A DNA stretch of 64,000 nucleotides from Octopus vulgaris (GCA_951406725.2 OX597836.1:5766001-5830000), one strand, 5' to 3'; shown: positions 42,633 to 56,490, counted from the stretch's first letter. Notes: generated by a model not told the origin, from the letters alone. Numbers and translations: made by a program.

Positions 42633-42960
42633 AATAATAATAATAATGATAATAATAATAATAATGATAATAATAATAACAACAACAACAACAACAACAA
42701 TAACAACAAGGCGTGGTTTGTTACAGTGAATACCATGTCAACAGATGGAGGTTAGGTTAGCTCTTGTAGGTCATAGAATTATCAAGAGCCATTCCTGTGG
42801 CTTTTTGAATTGATTTCATTCCTGTACCAATTCTATCAAAATGGCTCCATTTTGTTACACGAAGTAGTCGAAGAGCTGCAGTGAGGAAAATTGAAAATTA
42901 TCCTAGCTGCTCACAATCATAAACACACAACCCACACTTATGTAAACCTACACGGAGATC

Positions 42961-43045
<85 letters not shown>

Positions 43046-43404
43046 AGTTTCTAGCTTTTACAGGTTTCAGTCATTAGATTACGGTCATTCTGGGGCACCT
43101 TGAATTTTTTGCCTAATGAGTCGACCATGGCAGTTTTTCTTTTTAAAACTTATTTATTGTATTGAGGTCTCTTGCCGAACCGCTAACTAACGTGGTGTTA
43201 AACACACCAACACTTTGGGTTCTTAAGTTGCTAATAAGCCATCCATATAAATATATATATATACATACATACAGAGAGAGAGAGATAGAGAGATTTATAT
43301 TTATCTATACATCCATACATATATACACACATCATATATATATATATACATATATATATAAGTGCATATAGATATAGATATATATATGCATATTTATATA
43401 TGTT

Positions 43405-43446
<42 letters not shown>

Positions 43447-43534
43447 TATATATATATGTGTGTGTGTGTGTATAAATATATATAGTTAGATAAATATAAA
43501 TATATATATGAATGTATTTCTATATATATAAATA

Positions 43535-43570
<36 letters not shown>

Positions 43571-44026
43571 TGTATGTATGTATGTATGTATATATGCATA
43601 TGTATATGGGGGTGGGGTGTACCTGTGAATGTGCATAAATCCATGAATGTGAAGCCACCCGGCCTAGTGGTTTGTTGTATATGATCATGAACTCATGTTG
43701 TCTGTGCCGACACCCGGCGGTGCTTTTTTATCCTGAAGCAATACACTACACTGCACGTTGCTTCCGGTCCACCCGGCTGTAATGAACAACCAGTTGCTTT
43801 CTCACACAGCGCTCTCTTCCCGCACCTCTCATATCCTAGATCTTCCGTTGAGTCGAGGTTGAGAGGAAGGAGAGGAAGGAGAGGAAATCTATCTCTGTTG
43901 TAGACCACATCGGCATCTTAAAACAATAGAGAAAGAACGATACCCTTTCCTGGTCCAAACTCGCACACGAATGATATCTACCTATACTTGTACTTCATAC
44001 TTCCTTACTTATATATATCAGTACAG

Positions 44027-44415
44027 GTCGAGGCGCAATGGCCCAGTGGTTAGGGCAGCGGACTCGCGGTCATAGGATCGCGGTTTCGATTCCCACACCG
44101 GGCGTTGTGAGTGTTTATTGAGCGAAAACACCTAAAAAGCTCCACGAGGCTCCGGCAGGGGATGATGGTGATCCCTGCTGTACTCTTTCACCACAACTTT
44201 CTCTCACTCTTACTTCCTGTTTCTGTTGTACCTGTATTTCAAGGGGCCGGCCTTGTCACTCTCTGTGTCACGCTGAATATCCCCGAGAACTACGTTAAGG
44301 GTGCACGTGTCTGTGGAGTGCTCAGCCACTTACACGTTAATTTCACGAGCAGGCTGTTCCGTTGATTCGGATCAACTGGAACCCTCATCGTCGTAATCGA
44401 CGGAGTGCTTCCACC
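44027..44415 (+). mobile_element. tRNA-derived SINE, family A, tail type 1, with a 12-bp target-site duplication
   Basis: Full copy flanked by atatcagtacag at 44015-44026 and 44416-44427. Confidence 0.9.
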
Positions 44416-44814
44416 ATATCAGTACAGACTGTGAAACATTTATACTCACGTTCATATAAATATCTTTACCCAAATATGCATTGAGACGATATTCTTGTTG
44501 CTTCTTATCAAACGTTACGTAATATACATCTATTAACCTAGAAGTCACTTGACCACAGCGTGTTAAGTGACTTCTAGCGGCTTAGTTCCGTTCATATTTC
44601 TCAGCGCCTTAAGTTCCGCTCATTTTCGAAGGATATTTTCTATTATTACACTACAGTCGAATAATAAATATTTTGCATATGTAGAATACACTGACAAATT
44701 ATTTTATCAGTACACTATGGGATAAATTCTAAAGACACTACAAAAAAGGTGGTGGGTTCAGAAAGTTCAGTCTTACCCACAATTTGCAAGATATATATAT
44801 ATATGATGTGGTAC

Positions 44815-44851
<37 letters not shown>

Positions 44852-44908
44852 ATATATATATATGTATGTACGTATGTATGTATGTATGTATGTATGTATG
44901 TATGTATG

Positions 44909-44967
<59 letters not shown>

Positions 44968-45147
44968 GTACGTATGTATGTACATAGCTTTCTATGTATT
45001 TATATATTTGTTCTTTTCCCATGTATCTATTTAACATTCTTTCCAAACGTCTATTGAGCTAGTTAGCTAAATCAAATGATAGGTATTAATTTACATACTT
45101 ATTCGTATATACACACATGCGTACGTACATACACACATAAATTCGTT

Positions 45148-45212
<65 letters not shown>

Positions 45213-45230
45213 GTATATATATATGTATGC

Positions 45231-45297
<67 letters not shown>

Positions 45298-46558
45298 TGG
45301 ATATATGGATATAGATGTGTCTATAGGCATGTATAGGAATATAAACGTAATCATCTGGATATCTATATATCAGATTATACGTTTAACTGCCTGTCTCTAT
45401 CCACTGATACGTAACTGGGTGGAAACACATGCGCCTTCCATCTCCCTATTTTTCTGAGTAAACTCTTTTGCTTGCAAACTCTTTCACCACTGCTCTTTCT
45501 GTTTCATTCATTCATTCATCCTTTCTCTTTCTTTCTTTCTTTCTGTTTTTCTTCTGCTCTTTCTTTCATTCTTTCTTCTGTCCTTTCTTTCTTGTTTTCT
45601 TTCTTTCTTCCTTATCTGTCATTCTTTCTTTTCCTTTCTTTTCTTTCTTTCTTTCGTCTATACTCCATTTCCTTCTTTCTTTCAGTCTGTCATTCTTTCT
45701 TTGTTTCTTTCGTTTTTCCTTTCTTTCTCGCTCTCTTACTTTCTTTTCTTTCTTTCTTTCTTTCTTTCCTTCTTCCTTTCTTTCTTTCTTTCGTTCTTTC
45801 CTTCTTTCATTCATTCCTTATTTCTTTCTTTCTCCCTTTCTATTCTTTCCTCTGTCTCATCCTCTCTTTCCCCCTCTCTCCCTCTTTCTTTCTCTCTCTC
45901 TCTCTCCTTCTCTCTCTCACTCCCCCTCTCTCTCATTCCCCCCTCTCTCTCGGTATCACGCTATCTTATCTCCCCTCTCCCCCTCCCCCACTCCCAACCA
46001 CCCCTCTCCACCATCTTTACGATTTCACTCACGCTATTTAAACGCTCCTCTCCAAACTGCACCGACCGTGCGTGCGTGTCTCTCTGCACATGCATTGCCA
46101 ACACGCAGGCGCGCACGTGTGGTTCGCGTATGCATGTGCATCTCCGTTCCGGCGTGTGCACATCTCCCCAAAACTGCATGTGCAGCATACAAAATGCGTC
46201 CACTCACACTATACGCTCAGGAATTTGTGTGTGATTGTCTAATTGCATCTGTGTACGTATGGCTATATTTGAAGTCATGAGTGCATATGTGTACACACAT
46301 GCGTGTGTGTGCGTGGATGTGTATAATATGTGTGTGTGTGTGTGTGTGCATCGAAATAAATCAGAGTAGCTGCAAACAATACTTGCTTACTCCGCATTTC
46401 ATCCTTTTTGTTCGCTGTTTATTAATCTGTATCTATCTAAATATATCTACTTCAACCTATACATCTAGCTAGCAAGTTAGTTAGTTGGCTGTCTATTTAC
46501 CCATCTATCTATCTGTCTGTCTATCTATCTATCTATATCTATCTATCTATCTATCGAT

Positions 46559-46712
46559 CGATCCCTTTTGATCCCCACCCCGATCCCTTTTGATCGAAAT
46601 TTTACATTTGTTTCCTTTTTTATCTTTTTCCTTTTCCATTTTCGAAAAGAAAAGCTCTACATTTGTATTTGTTCCTCTGTGTCCAGCCCTGTGTGGACAA
46701 TAGAGAAAGTTA
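46559..46712 (+). mobile_element. Short 3'-end fragment of the same Tx1-like family (more diverged copy)
   Basis: cgatcccttttgatcgaaa...aaaagaaaagctctac...tctgtgtccagccctgtgtggacaatagagaaa matches 51139-51268. Flanked by (TATC)n on both sides. Confidence 0.8.
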
Positions 46713-46740
46713 CCTATCTATATCTATCTATCTATCTATC

Positions 46741-46896
46741 TTTCTTTTTTTTTTTTTTTTGCTTTCCTCTTTCTTTCCTTTTACGATCCCTTTTGATTGA
46801 AAACCAACCCCCCATTTTTTTTATACCCCAAAAGAAAAGCCCTACCTTGTAATTTGTCCCGTCTGTGTGCAGCCCTGTGTGGCTAATAAAGAATCA
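46741..46896 (+). mobile_element. Second short 3'-end fragment of the Tx1-like family
   Basis: ttacgatcccttttgattgaaa...caaaagaaaagccctaccttgtaatttgt...tctgtgtgcagccctgtgtggctaataaagaatcatatctatc matches 51137-51278. Confidence 0.85.
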
Positions 46897-46931
46897 TATC
46901 TATCTTTCTATCTGTCTTTCTGACTTTTTGT

Positions 46932-46986
<55 letters not shown>

Positions 46987-47156
46987 ATTATCTATCTATC
47001 TATCTATCTGTCTGTCTATCTGTCTGTCTATTTACTTATGTATCTATCTACCTATCTATCTATTTATCTATGTATCTGCGTACTTATCTATCTATTTCTA
47101 TATAGCTATCTGTGCTGGCTGGCTAGCTGTCTATCTACCTTCTGCTGATTTGTGAG

Positions 47157-47190
<34 letters not shown>

Positions 47191-47308
47191 CCTCTTTATA
47201 TATCTATATATTTACCTACTTATATATCTATGTATCTATTTATCTCTATTTCTCTCACTTCATCTCTTCATTTGTCATTCACAAATACTCGCTATACCAT
47301 TCATGCCT

Positions 47309-47339
<31 letters not shown>

Positions 47340-47999
47340 CCTTTCTCCCTCTTACAGACACGCAAACGCAAACATACTTACACACACAAACACACACACA
47401 TACAACCACCTCACACACACACAGAAACATAGACACACACACACATTGCCATCCGCATCTCGCTCTGTCTACAGAAGCAATGTTCTGCTCACGCAACACT
47501 CGTCGGTGCCGGCCGGCGTCTACTACGCATGCGCACCGCTATCTTCTGTTCTCAATGGCTTCCATGTCTGTCCATCTATTTTCCTGTTAACATGGACTAA
47601 CGTTACACATACACGCATATATACACACACACACACATATATATATACATACATGCATACACACATACATACATGCATACATGCATACATACATACATAT
47701 ATACATACATATATACATACTTACATACATACATATATACCTTTATACATATCTTTGCACACTTAAATTGCTTTATATAAAATTTCTTATACACACTTTA
47801 TGTAGAATATATACACATGTACTAATATGTATATATATAATATATATATATAATTGTGTGTATATGTATATATATATATATATATATATTATATGCACAC
47901 ACATATATATTTCCTTGCACATTTAACATTTAATATTATCTCTATCAAAATTCTCATACTCATTTTATAAATGATATATATATACACACATACATGTAC

Positions 48000-48046
<47 letters not shown>

Positions 48047-48762
48047 TGTATTGGCTTAAGTTTTTCATTGTTTGATTTGCCTAATAGTGGTTTTGTCTCT
48101 AATTTAATATAATATATATATATATATATATATATAAGTATACACACACACATTTATATGCACATACTCCACCATATTTGTGCCCATGTGCACGGTTCTT
48201 TGTGTGTGGGGTTCATGTGAGACATAATAAAACTTCAATACTTAATATTGAGCTATTTTATATTTCCCTAACTCTATCCTTTCACTCTGATAATGAGGCT
48301 GCGAAGGAAGTTGACGAGCTTGCAGTCGACTGAGCGGATGTAGTTATGCTTTTATCCCAAACTAAACGCCTCAAGAATTTTAAAGGATATTGAGAAATAC
48401 CTGAAATAAAAGTGAAAGCATGACTGTGTTGTCTCTGTTGTTCCAAAGATATTCTTTGGATTTCTTTGGAAAGATAAAGTGCACCCTATTTATGCACATA
48501 CTGTCACACACGCACGCACACGTATATATACACACGCACGCAGACATAAATGCACACACACACACCCATTCAGGCACTCACACACACGAACACAGATATG
48601 CTAACCACACTGGCTTGCTTAAACATACGAACACATATACACAGACAGAAGAACCCTCCACAGACACATACACTCAGGTACACATATATATGTATATATG
48701 TATGTATATACATATATGTGTATATATGCATATATCTATATATATATCTATATGTACATATA

Positions 48763-48802
<40 letters not shown>

Positions 48803-49011
48803 TGGGGTGTTTTCTGTCTCTTTACATATACCATATTTTAACGTATATACGGAACCCTTTTTTTCTCAAAAATTACGCAAAAAAGATATGGGAGTTTCTT
48901 ATACATGCATAGTATCATAATCCCTTACAAAACCTTTTATTCAAAATGTAAGTCCCAAAACTTAGGTGCTACATTATAGACGAGGGTTCCATACCTTAAA
49001 ACCTGTTTCAA

Positions 49012-49055
<44 letters not shown>

Positions 49056-49611
49056 TTATAGACGAAGGTTCTTTATACACGTTAAAGTATACTATATTCC
49101 TTAAAACCTGCTTCAGTGATATATATATCATATGTATATGTATAATACTTAATGCAAGCATTTGGAGTGCCAAGGAGTAGCCAGTCCAATATGTCTACCG
49201 CATAAAATATGCATCAAACCCGTATTAAGCCGTGTGATGTCTGTCACTCAATTCAGATTACTATAATGGCAAAAAAAAAAAAATCTATTGAACATAAAAA
49301 TATAAGTCAAAAGTATTTGAAATTGCTGTAAGGTGTAAATGTATATCTGATATTATGCATTCACTTAGGTAATTACAGAAAACTAAGTGAATTTCAATTA
49401 AGAAATTAACACCATTTCTGTATAGGTATACATGCGTTCCTGCATACTTACTTATATGTTCACCTGGATGTTGAAGCAGAAGAGGGGGATGTTACTTATA
49501 CATTCATACAGATGTCTATGTAGATATAAATCTGGATGGAACTGTGTGTGTTCATCGAAATGTTTCCGCGTGTGTCTATATATCTGTCCACGACTGTCCA
49601 TGTATGTCTGT

Positions 49612-49713
<102 letters not shown>

Positions 49714-49768
49714 GTCTATTTATCTATCTGTCTATATACATATATATCCAGACTTCTGCCTATCTATT

Positions 49769-49798
<30 letters not shown>

Positions 49799-49799
<1 letters not shown>

Positions 49800-51270
49800 A
49801 GGAAACTGTCCCTAAAAGGTCGAGCGGAGGTGGCGAACACGTACATCGCGTCCGTCATCTACTACCGCCTGACCGTCGTACCTTGTCCCGACCCTACCAT
49901 CACCAAACTACAACGCATCCTCTTTCGCTTCTTGTGGAAAGGATGCGTCCCGATGGTCAGGCGATCCATTTGCTGTCAACACCCGTTAAAAGGAGGGCTG
50001 GGCATGCCGTGGTTGATGATGCGCAGACACGCGCTGAGACTGCGGCATCTCTGGCTCTCTGTAGACGACGGTGAACAGGTGTGGTCGCCGTTTGTGAGGC
50101 ACGCTTTCCCGCAGCTCGTCTCCATGACCGAACTGCAGTCGTGGATCAAAAAGAGGCCGAGGAAGGGCGAATGGCACCGCGAGTGTCGCGTTGCTCTCAA
50201 GCAACTCTGCCGTCCTGGGTCGACCTTAAGTGACTTCAACACAACCAAAGCATTCTATAGGGGTTTAGTGGAGGGGAGGTACGACGACGAGCTCGGGGCG
50301 AACCTGGACGTCGACGAGGAGTACCTGACCCGCCTGTTCAGGACGACTTTCGGGCCAGGGCCCATGGACAACTTCCAGAGATCCCTGGCCTGGCAGTGCT
50401 ACCGAGAAGCGCTACCCGTTCGGGATAAGCTCTACAGACACGGCTCGAGAAACACGGGGCCGACCTGCCCGAGATGCGGTCAGAGCGACGAAACCGTTCT
50501 GCACGCACTCGTTCAGTGTCCAACAATTTCCGACCTGTGGGCTTATGTCGAACAACTGCTGTCACGTGTGGGACGAGTCGGTTTATCAGCTGAGTCTATC
50601 GTCAATATTGTCACGCCTCCTTCCTTCAAACGGGAAGGAAGAGCTATTTTCATCATCCTTGTGGCTATGGCGAAAGAATGTATCTGGTGGACGCGTCTGA
50701 AAGGATTGGAGACAAACACTTTCCTCTCTGGTCAATCTCTCATCAACTTCTTCAAGTACCACTTGAAAAGGAAAGTGAGAGTAGAGAGGCAAGTTTTGTC
50801 TAGCGAATGTTTTAAAAAAAGATGGGTGAATGTAGCAAGAATGGCACGTATGAATGACGAAGCCACCTTGAGCATAGTCCTATGAACCCAGAAATCGAAA
50901 ACAGAGAGTTGCTTATTTGCAAAAAAAAAAAAAAAAAAGAAATATAAAATGTGACTTCATTGACCGAGGTTACCGTGGTCTTTTCCGTAGGCTTTTCTTT
51001 CCACGGGTAAACCTCACCTGTCCTCCCCTTTACACTTCATATTGACATTTCTGTGATAACGATCCCTATTGATCAATTTTTTTTTCTCTCCCCCTTTTTT
51101 TTTTAACCCCCTTTTTTTTGTCCTCTTTCTCTCCTCTTACGATCCCTTTTGATCGAAACTCCCCCTTCCTTTTTTTTTTTTTTTTTTTTTTTTTAAACCT
51201 TCAAAAGAAAAGCTCTACCTTGTAATTTGTTCTATCTGTGTGCAGCCCTGTGTGGCTAATAAAGAAACAT
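49799..51270 (+). mobile_element. 5'-truncated non-LTR retrotransposon of the L1/Tx1 type
   Basis: Starts abruptly after (TATC)n, continues with an ORF2 C-terminal fragment, then a ~385-nt T-rich 3' UTR with AATAAA, and runs into TATCTATC repeats. Confidence 0.88.
49800..50885 (+). CDS. Tx1/L1-type ORF2 C-terminal fragment (post-RT region plus zf-RVT zinc knuckle), with no real start codon
   Basis: Uninterrupted frame: [22 protein letters not shown]...FRFLWKG...PLKGGLGMP...LPVRDKL...[18 protein letters not shown]...W. The LSxxGR, FLW, GGLG and CCHC motifs are characteristic of L1/Tx1 ORF2. Confidence 0.88.
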   Translation, partial: RKLSLKGRAEVANTYIASVIYYRLTVVPCPDPTITKLQRILFRFLWKGCVPMVRRSICCQHPLKGGLGMPWLMMRRHALRLRHLWLSVDDGEQVWSPFVRHAFPQLVSMTELQSWIKKRPRKGEWHRECRVALKQLCRPGSTLSDFNTTKAFYRGLVEGRYDDELGANLDVDEEYLTRLFRTTFGPGPMDNFQRSLAWQCYREALPVRDKLYRHGSRNTGPTCPRCGQSDETVLHALVQCPTISDLWAYVEQLLSRVGRVGLSAESIVNIVTPPSFKREGRAIFIILVAMAKECIWWTRLKGLETNTFLSGQSLINFFKYHLKRKVRVERQVLSSECFKKRWVNVARMARMNDEATLSIVL

Positions 51271-51931
51271 ATCTATCTATATAATTTATTTATTTATTTA
51301 TCTATATTTCTATCTATCTATTTATCTACCTATCTATCTTTTTGCCTTCTATATATATATATATATATATACATATATACATACATATAAATATACATAC
51401 ATATATACATGCCTACATATGTGTGTGTGTGTGTGTGTATAGGCCTACCTGTGAGTGTGGACACAAGTAGATACACACACACACACACGCACACACACAC
51501 ACACACATAGACAAACACACACACACAGAAACATGCATATATATACCATGGCTTTTTCCCTACGTGTACCCTGGCGAGTTGTTCCATTTCGCAAAATGGA
51601 TACTTAGATTACGCATAAATTACACTCAGACACATGTATCGATATGAAATCTAACATCATTTCACGTAACATAAATACGCGTATGCACGCATACATATAT
51701 ACATGAGCGTATGCACGTGCATATATATATATATATGCATGTGTTTACACATGTGTACATGTATGCACATATGCACATGTATCATTATTATTATCACCAA
51801 CCTGCTGTTTATCGCCACCGTCCGCCTGCTTTGGCAGATGGCCACGTCTGGCAACTCGTTGCAAATTGCGTAATCAGTGGCGAAAGATGCATGCGATCGT
51901 GTTCACGCTGACATATTTACGTAAGATCGCC

Positions 51932-51980
<49 letters not shown>

Positions 51981-52074
51981 GTACATATATGCATATATAC
52001 ATACACATTTACATATATATATATCCATCTATATATATATATATATATATATACATACATATATATATATGATG

Positions 52075-52124
<50 letters not shown>

Positions 52125-52314
52125 TGTATGCATATATATACATATACATATACACGTATATACGTGTACATACACATACATATATGTATATATATATATT
52201 CATATATGTATACCACGACTGTGGATAACAACAGGTAGCCTAAACTGTGCCAGTACTATACTCAACACTTAAACGCACTAATCGACTTTATACACACACA
52301 CACACACGCACACG

Positions 52315-52374
<60 letters not shown>

Positions 52375-52442
52375 CACACATTTTTCGTTTTCGTATTTGG
52401 TTTGCAAGATTCTTTATGTGAATTCGTGTGTTGAAGCATATT

Positions 52443-52765
52443 TTATTGTGCCTGGGGAGACTCATTTTCTTTTTATGTCTTATAATTTAACACACTCACC
52501 GGTTCGATTTCCACCATTTTAGTTACTTACTAGTTATTTGTTCGTTATATTGTTATTCATTAATTATTGATTATTTCCCTAAAATCTTCGTTGCCTTCTT
52601 GCAACCTTTCCAATAGTGGTTGAGTGAACGACTTTTGAAAAGGTTGCAAGACGCAACGAAGATTTTTAAAAAAATAAATAACTTAATCAGTAGAAATCGA
52701 ACCGGTGGGTGTGTTCAATAATAAGGCCCTAACAACAATGAATGACTCTCCCAGACACAATAATA
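52443..52765. repeat. Imperfect palindrome / fold-back element
   Basis: Three paired blocks: ttattgtgcctggggagactcatt with aatgactctcccagacacaataa; aacacactcaccggttcgatttc with gaaatcgaaccggtgggtgtgtt; aaaatcttcgttgc..cttgcaaccttt with aaaggttgcaagacgcaacgaagatttt. Confidence 0.8.
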
Positions 52766-52770
52766 TATAT

Positions 52771-52858
<88 letters not shown>

Positions 52859-53252
52859 GATATTAAGTTTGTAGTTGAAACATTCGTGTCCCCAATGGTA
52901 TTCATCTGTACCTCTGTCATATTTTGTGTTATTAATTATTACAGATATATCTGCGACTACCCCTAATAATTAAACAGATCAATTGAGGAAGATAGCCTCT
53001 CTTTTACTCATCGTAAGGTTTACAATTGCGAACGCCTTTCTATCCAGAAGTTTTAAATCACGTGAGAAAAAAATGACTGAGTTTGCTTAGAATGTCTCAG
53101 ACTAGTTTTTGGCCCCTGGACATGGGTTCTCCGAATGTTTGCTTTCTATTAAAATGCCACCTCCTAGCATACATTCCAGTCCAAAGCCTATTGATCTTAA
53201 TAATTCGATGTACGCACAAGATGCAGGTATATAAAATTGCCACCTGTGTATG

Positions 53253-53283
<31 letters not shown>

Positions 53284-53799
53284 ACCTACATATATATATA
53301 TACATTTCAGTCTTCCTGAGCCTTGTTCGTGGTGCTTCCTCGCGGCCAGCCACATTCTTCGACGAGATTTCTAGCTTTTGATATAAGAATCAATGAATAT
53401 TTTATTCACTGATATTGGGAATAGCCGTTGGGCAGAATAAAAACTCGCTGTACATAATTGAAATTGCATTGAATGATAACAGCTATTTACATATCTCGCT
53501 TAACGTGCATATACCGTTGACAAACAAGCTACGGCATTTTTGTCCGATTTCCAATTCACAAGAACATTACAAGATCGTTTCTGGTGAAGATCAAGCTAAG
53601 AATTACAAATGTACCTAAAATACGAGTCAAAACTCATTCTCATTTCAACTACAAACAGCGACTTGAGCTTGTCCTAGTAGAAGTCAAGCTATGAAATGAA
53701 TCTGCAAAATTGAAATACTGTCACCAGACAAGCTATCATAAAGGTGTTATTTTCTTGATGACAGTTCTTAATAATCGTCTGGAGACTCCATATTAGTGT

Positions 53800-54170
53800 A
53801 AATATGAGCCCCTTTTCAAACTCCATCTGTCTAACACCCGTGGACATGTTTACAAAGTCAGAAAACAGCACAGCTCCCATGACTTTCGGAAACATTTTTT
53901 TCACGCTGAGAGTTGCTGAAGCATGGAACAAACTGCCGGCATTAATTGTTAGTTGTCGGAGCACTGCATCCTTCAAAACGTCCATGCTTCCTGAGATTCG
54001 CCAACACTACACCTGATTTTCTCCCCTCCATACACACCCAAGCATGTATCTGACTCATATACACTGTTCACTTTCCAGACATTTGTACATTACTGCATAT
54101 GCTTTATACGCACTTTTGACAAGTTGTGGTGCACCTGAATACTGTATACAATAATTTCATTATTATTATC
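53800..54170 (+). mobile_element. CR1-clade LINE 3' fragment (frameshifted ORF2 C-terminus, 3' UTR and (ATT)n tail)
   Basis: LFKLHLSNTRGHVYKVRKQHSSHDFRKHFF / TLRVAEAWNKLPALIVSCRSTASFK fits the CR1 C-terminal pattern TRGH..K...R..FF..RV...WN.LP...V...S...FK. There is a +1 frameshift in the T-run near 53895-53901, a stop at 54016, and the element ends in cattattattatc. Confidence 0.8.
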
Positions 54171-54991
54171 ATAAATTAATTTGCAAAGTATCACAGGATT
54201 TATACTTAGAACTGTAAAATCGACGTGGAGAAGAAGTATCATAGCTTACCCTCTGATGACCCACACAGTAATGTATAGTACAAAGAAGTTTACAAAAAGT
54301 GTTTTAGATCAAAGGCCTTCATTTTCGTGTTGCGTATAGCCGATGGTCAATTTACCTCTGATCTACTCGTCTGTGCTAGAAATTACTCACATACTCTTAT
54401 CCACGTCTATTGTTAACTATTTGCGTCTATTATTTGCAATCATACTCATCTAATAACACGTGAAATATGTTTCGCATTATTTATCGTTCTTTTTGAACTT
54501 ATCTTGAAAATAAGATCTTTTTTTTTTTCGAAAGATTAGTAAAAAATAAATGTCCCTACGGCCAAAAATTCCAATTTCACATTGTTTTAAAATCAAAATG
54601 CGGACTTACATGTAATCTGTGCAGACGCAGAGAAACATTAAAATTTCTCCGATTCCGGATTGCTCATGGAATGAATATATCACAGGATGCTGTGATCATC
54701 ATAGATATTTAAATCACAACACTTAATACCGCACTCAGCGACATCTACTAAGACAGTGCAACAGGTCACGTGCTCATCGTCTTAATATTGTTTCGCTCAC
54801 ATCAAGTAACACATATGATTAAATATCGTCTTTTTATGATAACATTTTACTGTTAATACATGAATTACCTAAGAATTTGGGTCATGCCCTCTCATTCAGT
54901 CAAATATCACTTTGATCTGAGGTCTGCTCCATCGAGGTTGAGCTGGGACTAAATGACACACGAAACAACGACCACTATTATTAGATGTAGC

Positions 54992-55210
54992 TCTTTACAC
55001 TTTACTCTTTTACTTGTTTCAGTCATTTGACTGCGGCCATGCTGGAGCACCGCCTTTAGTCGAGCAAATCGACCCCGGGACTTATTCTTGTAAGCCCAGT
55101 ACTTATTCTATCGGTCTCGTTTGCCGAACCGCTAAGTGACGGGAACGTAAACACACCAGCATCGGTTGTCAAGCAATGCTAGGGGGACAAACACAGATAC
55201 AAACACACAT

Positions 55211-55253
<43 letters not shown>

Positions 55254-55413
55254 CACGACAGGCTTCTTTCAGTTTCCGTCTACCAAATCCACTCACAAGG
55301 CTTTGGTCGGCCCGGGGCTATAGCAGAAGACACTTGCCCAAGATGCCATGCAGTGGGACTGAACCCGGAACCATGTGGTTGATTAGCAAGCTACTTACCA
55401 CACAGCCACTCCT
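54992..55413 (-). mobile_element. Full-length SINE family B
   Basis: Reverse complement of 60397-60843, including the internal microsatellite. Confidence 0.85.
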
Positions 55414-55494
55414 AGCTATGTAGATATCAAGGGGACTATAAGTAAAAACCCTGTATAAATTTATATGCAATGCTATAATACATATATATACATA

Positions 55495-56047
55495 CGAGGG
55501 TGAGTCGAAAATTAATGCCATTTTGTTTAGGACAGGTATAATTGCCATATCAGAAAGATGTATCATACTTCAAAATGAAGCTGGTCCTCTGTGGATCACA
55601 TCCCTACTTCTCACCATAGTCACCGTTTCTCGCAATAGCAATGTTCCACCTTCCAATAAGAGCATGTATCCCTGCCACGTAAAATTCTGTTGACTGTTCG
55701 TTGAGCCATTTCTTCACTACCTCCACACTCACCAGATCTAGTGCCTTCAGACTATCATCTTTTCGGCGCCATGAAAGAAGGTTTGAGAGGCAAACATTAT
55801 TCCAGTGACGAGGAGGTGAAAACTGTAGTGAAGAAGTGTCTCAAAGAACAGTCAGAATTTTACGTGGCAGAGATACATGCTCTTATTGGAAGGTGGAACA
55901 TTGCTCTTGAGAGAAACGGTGACTATGGTGAGAAGTAGGGATGTGATCCACAGAGGACTAGCTTCCTTTTGATGTATGATACATCTTTCTGATATGGTAA
56001 TTATACCTGTCCTAAACAAAATGGCATTAATTTTTGACTCACCCTCG
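55495..56047. mobile_element. Non-autonomous mariner derivative made of two inverted 3' ends (fold-back MITE), flanked by TA
   Basis: Ends read TA|CGAGGGTGAGTC...GACTCACCCTCG|TA. Inverted arms of ~225 bp span 55495-55720 and 55825-56047. The CGAGGG terminus resembles irritans/Hsmar2-type mariners. Confidence 0.88.
55720..55938 (+). pseudogene. Mariner transposase C-terminal remnant
   Basis: PPHSPDLVPSDYHLFGAMKEGLRGKHYSSDEEVKTVVKKCLKEQSEFYVAEIHALIGRWNIALERNGDYGEK* carries the YSPDLAPSD-type motif with the third catalytic Asp, and the terminal RW...GDY motif. Confidence 0.88.
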
Positions 56048-56129
56048 TATATAGATATATATATATATGCATTGCATATAAATTTATACAGGGTTCTAAA
56101 TTATAGTCTCCTTGATATCTACATAACTA

Positions 56130-56490
56130 CATCTAGTTCAGAGATGCTCTGCCCTTGGGCTGGTCCTCTGCGTGTGAACCTTCTCCAGCACTTTCTATAC
56201 GACCTGGGAGGGCCCATATCCTCCACTACCGCCGCTAAGTAGATTTGGGATATCTGTACTGGAGTGGTTTCCTGTTACTTTTTCTAGGTAGGTAGGATTT
56301 GAACTCGGGATGCTAAGGCCCGGAAAATATACTGCAACTCTGCCGATGCGCTAACGATTCTACAACTCTCTCGTTCACAGAGTAGCACGAAGTGAAATGT
56401 TTTGCTCAGGAATACAACGCGCTGTCCCGCGAATCGAAACCACGACCGCTACATTGTCAATGCAACACTCTAACCACGAGGGCACGCGTA
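56130..56490 (-). mobile_element. Two degenerate tRNA-head SINE remnants
   Basis: ggatttgaactc...gcgctaacgattc is a family C-like head in reverse complement. gaatcgaaaccacgacc...ctaaccac is a second head in reverse complement. Confidence 0.5.

Noticed and set aside
49830-49832. GTG start assigned to the 351-aa ORF
   Set aside because: Homology-like sequence ([10 protein letters not shown]) continues upstream to the truncation junction at ~49799, so this is a fragment, not a gene start.
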